Assembly: GCA_963422615.1 (NCBI GenBank)
Contig: OY730414.1
Location: 2,278,302 to 2,342,301 of the forward strand
Length of the DNA: 64,000 nucleotides
DNA from: Longimicrobiales bacterium
Lineage (GTDB): Bacteria; Gemmatimonadota; Gemmatimonadetes; Longimicrobiales; Gaopeijiaceae
Direction of reading: 5' to 3'
Shown piece after piece: positions 59,657 through 64,000 of the stretch. Positions within the stretch are counted from its first letter, which is position 1. Each line of letters begins with the position of its first letter. A program made the position numbers and the translations under genes. Under the pieces are notes generated by a model. It saw only the letters and a program-made list of their open reading frames with translations. It made no database searches and had not been told where the DNA came from.

Positions 59657-60684
59657 GATGCCTCCCTTGCGAGCTTGTCGCGGAGGAGGATGAACCTCGC
59701 CTGTTCCCTGCGCAGCGCGACCAGGGCACCCCGAATATCGTACGCGACGGGATCCCCCCCAGCGCTCCGCATTCGGGCGTGGACGACCGTTCCCGACACC
59801 ACGCCAAGATCCAGGAGTCGGCGCCGCGCCGGCCCCTGGCAGCGGGGGGAGATTCCCGCCACGGTCGCCGATTCTCCGGGAACGATGTCGGCAAGCGTCC
59901 ACAGCGGGCCGGGGTCCAGCACGTCGGCTACGGGCTCGACGGTCACGTTTCGGGCGACCGCGCCTGCAATGTCGTGCACCTTCCTCCCGGTCCGGAAGCG
60001 GACCCTTCCCACGCGTCCTTCCAGACGCTCCACCTGGGCCGTCAGGCCCAACCCCAGCGCGATCAGTTCGCGGTAGATTTCGGGGGGTTCGTCCTCCAGG
60101 TGTGTGATGATGGCCCGTTCCCCGGACCGAAGAGCGGACAGAGGAGTGCCGGAACGAGCGGGTACCTCACCGGAAGCGGTAGGGATGGGGTCGCCGTGGG
60201 GGTCATAGACGGGATGGCCCAGCGCCGCCGCCAGCTCGTCCGCCTCGGAAGCCGACAGCATGTGCTCCCGCGCCTCCGCCTGGCCGTGCCAATCCTGGGG
60301 CGGCGTTCCCGTACGGTCGGCAAGAAATCGCTCCCACAGTCGGTGGGTCCGCACGATCCGGAGGGCGTGAGTACGCCCCTTGGCGGTAAGGAAGAAGCGG
60401 GTCCCCCGGGCGCGCGCGAAACCCCGCTCTTCAAGGCGCTGAAGGAGCCGTATCGCGTGGTGGCGGGAGATCTGGACCCCGCCGGCGACGCTCTCCGCCG
60501 TAGCCGGGATCCGATCGTATTCCAGCTTGTGGAGCTGCTTCAGCACATCTTCCAGGCGAACCCGCTCCGTGAGGCGGGCGAGCCGCCTCAGGCGGGGAAC
60601 CACACCCGACTCGGGCCAGAAGATGGCGGCGCAGAGCAACATTAGTCCGGCAAAGACCAGCAAGGCAAAGAGCGGATCGGGCAT
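59653..60684 (-). CDS. DtxR/MntR-family metalloregulator with an N-terminal TM helix and two FeoA domains
   Basis: [27 protein letters not shown] region; [18 protein letters not shown]; Feo[22 protein letters not shown]. Confidence 0.88.
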   Translation of the reverse strand: MPDPLFALLVFAGLMLLCAAIFWPESGVVPRLRRLARLTERVRLEDVLKQLHKLEYDRIPATAESVAGGVQISRHHAIRLLQRLEERGFARARGTRFFLTAKGRTHALRIVRTHRLWERFLADRTGTPPQDWHGQAEAREHMLSASEADELAAALGHPVYDPHGDPIPTASGEVPARSGTPLSALRSGERAIITHLEDEPPEIYRELIALGLGLTAQVERLEGRVGRVRFRTGRKVHDIAGAVARNVTVEPVADVLDPGPLWTLADIVPGESATVAGISPRCQGPARRRLLDLGVVSGTVVHARMRSAGGDPVAYDIRGALVALRREQARFILLRDKLAREAS

Positions 60685-60790
60685 TGGGATTCGGGTTCTT
60701 TCCCGAGCTTCCGGAACTGGAACGGCAAGCCTGCGGGATCTGGAGGAGGTACGGCGCAGCGGGGCGCGGCTACATTTTGTGGAATGCGAT

Positions 60791-60819
60791 AATTTAGGCA
60801 AGCCTAAATCTCGGGACAA
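60791..60819 (-). promoter_or_regulatory. Promoter with an overlapping DtxR/MntR-type palindromic operator
   Basis: TTGTCC-17 bp-TAAATT; palindrome ATTTAGGC-AA-GCCTAAAT at 60792-60809. Confidence 0.8.
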
Positions 60820-61025
60820 CCTCCTGGGGGAAAAGTCGACTCCTTGCCAGATCGGTCGGCCCTAAGAGAGATTTGGAACTTTATCGTTCCATTCGGTGTA
60901 GGCGTCGGGGAAGCGGGCGCAATCGGGACCGCAGCATCCTGTCGGGGGCTCTGGCATGAGGGGGCTTTGGCGCACAGCCCCGAATGCGTGGCAACTCAAA
61001 TGGCGCAAACGAGGGGATAGATCAC

Positions 61026-61550
61026 TTGAAGAGAGAACTGCTCATCGGGTTCCTTGCCGTAGGAATCCTGTTGCCTTCAGAGGCCCAAGGTCAGCGAAGC
61101 CAGCGGTTTCCCGGCGCTCCCGGGGGCGACGGCTTTTCCGCAGCCGCGAACCGCGCGGAGTACTACGCAGACGTCATGCAACACACGAACGACCTCATGA
61201 CCGAGTGGCGTCGCGCCTGGGCCGAGGACGAGATTGACGCCCTGCTTGACCTCTACACGGAAGATGCCACTTTTATCTTCGCCGAGGAGGCCCCGGTTCG
61301 AGGAAGGGAGGCGATTCGGGAAAAACTGGACTCCCTCTTGCGGCAGTCCGGGGAGTTGCAGGCCTCTCTCTCGGACTTTGACGCCAGTGGCCGCATGGGG
61401 TTGATCTCGGGTCTTTTGACCTTTCAGATGCGCGACCGCGGCCGCCTCGACACCGCAACCGGCATTCACATGACCGTACTGATCCGCCGAGGCCGAAAGT
61501 GGGGGATTCGCAGCCAGATGTTCCGGCTGGACCGAATCGACATCGGGTGA
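61026..61550 (+). CDS. Secreted NTF2/SnoaL-like (DUF4440-like) protein
   Basis: Signal peptide (SEAQG), LYTEDA..VRGREAI, VLIRRGRKWGI; GAGGGG SD before the TTG. Confidence 0.75.
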   Translation: MKRELLIGFLAVGILLPSEAQGQRSQRFPGAPGGDGFSAAANRAEYYADVMQHTNDLMTEWRRAWAEDEIDALLDLYTEDATFIFAEEAPVRGREAIREKLDSLLRQSGELQASLSDFDASGRMGLISGLLTFQMRDRGRLDTATGIHMTVLIRRGRKWGIRSQMFRLDRIDIG

Positions 61551-61676
61551 ACGGAACCGCAAAGAGATCGGTCCCGGGCGCGGCAGCCGTCGCCGCGACG
61601 AACCCATGGATTGCATCCCGAATCCGGAAGAGGGTGCCGTAGTGCCTTGAAAGTCCGACCGTTTCAGTCGGTCGAT

Positions 61677-61718
61677 TCGGCCCTCCGGCGAAAAGCGCCG
61701 GGGGGCCGATTTTCTTTT
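61677..61718 (+). terminator. Intrinsic terminator
   Basis: 14-bp stem tcggccctccggcg/cgccggggggccga followed by TTTTCTTTT. Confidence 0.8.
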
Positions 61719-61748
61719 CCCTGAAGACCCCCGTATCCCGACCGAACC

Positions 61749-64000
61749 ATGGCCAGCCATTCGCAAGACACCCGAATCATCGAGCGGTACACGGACCAGC
61801 CGTCCCGAATGCCCGGGGAAGTCCGGAGAAGGATCGAGGGTCGCTGGGGCGGAGAGCCCGTGCAGCTGTACGCCCTCGCCGACCTGGACGAGTCCATGTC
61901 CCTGTCCCGGAAGTGGTTTGCCTTGGGACCGTCGAAGGGAGCAGCTGCGGTCCGCAGAAGAGACGGATCGTGGAGGATCGACACCTTCGAAAGGCGGGAT
62001 GTGGAGGCGGTTCGGGAAACTCCCGGGTTGAGCAACACGGTTCTTCTCATCCTCGGGGCCCCGGGGGAGCCACCCCTTGCCGTTTTTCGATACACCCACA
62101 GACAGCGGAGGGCCATGGAAAACCTTCGCTTCACCCTGGAAGAGCAGATCGAAGGGAGACAGGTGTCCCCCACCGATGCCGACTTCGAGTACGGCCGGAG
62201 CATCGCCGCCCCGATCAGGGAAGCCCAGGCTCTGGTGGCCGGGACCCGGAGCCGCGTTCTGTGGCGACTTCTGGGGTATCTTCGCCCATACCGGAGGCGG
62301 GTTGCTGGCCGGGTTCGCGGCAGCCGGTCTGATCACGGGGGTCAGCCTCGTGCCGCCCTATCTGGCCGGCTATCTGATCGACAAAATCGTGCGGCCGGTG
62401 CAGGATGGCTCAATCCTGGCAGAAGAGGCCTTGGAGACCGCCTGGATGGCCGTCGCCGCCATGGCCTTGGTCTACCTGGTCCGGGAGGCGGCTGCCCACG
62501 TCCGCCTGAAGCAGATGAGCGTGCTGGACGAGTTTGTCGCCAGGGATTTGCGAACCGAGCTGTACGAGCACCTTCAGGGTCTGAGCCTGAGTTTCTACGC
62601 CCGGAAGAAAACCGGGGGCCTCATTACCCGGGTCAGCGCCGACACGGACCGGTTATGGGAATTTCTGGCGTTCGGGATCGTGGACGTTTCGCTGTCGGCG
62701 GTGATGCTGGTGGGGCTCAGCGTCGTTCTGGTCAACCTGGACTGGCGTCTGGGCCTGGTCATGACCCTGCCGGTTCCGGTCCTCTGCTGGTCCATCTTCA
62801 AGCATGGCGAACGCATGCACCGGCTCTTCGCCCGAGCCTGGCGGAAGTGGTCTGGACTGACCGATATCCTGTCGGACACGATTCCCGGAATGCGCGTCGT
62901 CAAGGCGTTCAACCAGGAGGAGCGGGAGAAGAGGAGGTTTGGCAAGCGCAATAACGAAGCGATGGGAGAGTTCAACCGGATTCACCATACGTGGACCGTG
63001 TTCTGGCCCGCCCTCATGCTGGGCATCCACGGAATGACCATGGCGGTGTGGATTCTGGCCGTTCCGCGGCTTCTGGACCCGCCGGGAGCGCCAACGGCCC
63101 TGACCGCGGGGACATTCGTGTCTTTTCTGCTCTACGTGACCATGTTTGTTCAGCCCGTCGAAGTCATCGGCCAGATGGCGAGGGTCATGAACCGGGCGAC
63201 GAGCTCGGCCCACCGGGTGTTCGAAGTCCTGGACACCGAACCCGAGGTGCGGGACGCCAGCCGTCCCGTTCTTCTTGAGCCCGTTCAAGGAACCGTGGAG
63301 TTCGACTCCGTAACCTTCGGGTACGACGGGGTCCAGCAGGTTGTGAAGGATGTCTCCTTCTCGGTGAAGCCCGGCGAAATGATCGGACTGGTGGGCCCTT
63401 CGGGGGGCGGCAAGACCACCGTCACGAACCTGATCGCAAGGTTCTACGACGCCGTCGGAGGAAGGATACTCGTGGACGGGACGGATGTCCGGATGCTGGA
63501 CACGGGACACTACCGGAGGCAGATCGGAATCGTGCCCCAGGACCCGTACCTCTTCCATGGTTCGGTTCTGGACAACATCCGGTACGGCGCCCCGGAGGCA
63601 TCCTTGGAGGCGGTCGTCGCGGCGGCGCGGGCAGCCAACGCCCACGACTTCGTATGCCGCTTGGCCCTTGGGTACGATACGGTCGTCGGGGAGCGCGGCC
63701 AGACCCTTTCGGGCGGGGAGCGCCAGAGGGTTTCCATCGCCCGGGCAATCCTGCACGACCCCAGGATCCTGATTCTGGACGAAGCCACGTCGGCCGTCGA
63801 CACGGAGACGGAGCGGAAGATCCAGCAGGCCATTGGTCGACTGGTGTCGGGGAGGACGGTCTTCGCGATCGCCCACCGACTTTCCACCCTGGCCCGGGCG
63901 GACCGGATTTTCGTCATGAAGAGCGGACGTCTTGCGGAAGCCGGAACCCACGAGGAGTTACTGGCCCTGGAAAACGGCATCTACCGAAGGCTCTACGAGC
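61749..64000 (+). pseudogene. ABC exporter (N-terminal extension + TMD + NBD) with a +1 frameshift near 62300; runs off the window
   Basis: From 62305 the +1 frame reads LAGFAAAGLITGVSLVPPYL and continues to GPSGGGKTT, LSGGERQR and LILDEATS. The first frame becomes non-homologous after RRR. Confidence 0.82.

Noticed and set aside
61749..62954. 401-aa ORF as a complete protein
   Set aside because: Its C-terminal half is out-of-frame read-through after the frameshift near 62300.
1..64000. CRISPR arrays, tRNA/rRNA genes, integrases, transposases, defence systems
   Set aside because: No regularly spaced repeats, cloverleaf/rRNA signatures or relevant protein motifs seen by eye; a tRNA-Sec or small RNA could have been missed without a covariance search.

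Overview
GC-rich bacterial chromosomal segment. The FtsZ N-terminus and gene context suggest Gemmatimonadota, which is inference only. Positions 1-21.7 kb (minus strand) hold a division/cell-wall (dcw) operon, mraZ-rsmH-ftsL-ftsI-murE-murF-mraY-murD-ftsW-murG-murC-ftsQ-ftsA-ftsZ. It runs on into an M23 peptidase, a vWA-like membrane protein, ftsY and recG, and has a clear sigma70 promoter with four 10-bp-spaced MraZ boxes. Positions 25.4-35.7 kb hold a C1 module: mobAB and fdhD lie divergent from a NuoEF-like subunit, a selenocysteine formate dehydrogenase alpha subunit (in-frame UGA plus SECIS, split in the ORF track), fhs, and a two-gene ActP/VC_2705-type symporter. Positions 35.9-40.4 kb hold a coupled Yip1 / tetraheme / octaheme-TPR lipoprotein operon. 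Positions 40.5-52.8 kb hold lower-GC polysaccharide genes (wzx, wzy-like, GT2, wza-like, wzz-like), interrupted by a MatB-like synthetase / SSS transporter / acyltransferase operon. Positions 53-64 kb hold sufE, a frameshifted radical SAM gene, a cytochrome c, an FprA-like reductase, feoB with a membrane-anchored DtxR/MntR-FeoA-FeoA regulator and its palindromic operator, an NTF2-like protein and a frameshifted ABC transporter. I saw no rRNA, tRNA, CRISPR array or mobile element. All calls come from motif recognition by eye; no searches were run.
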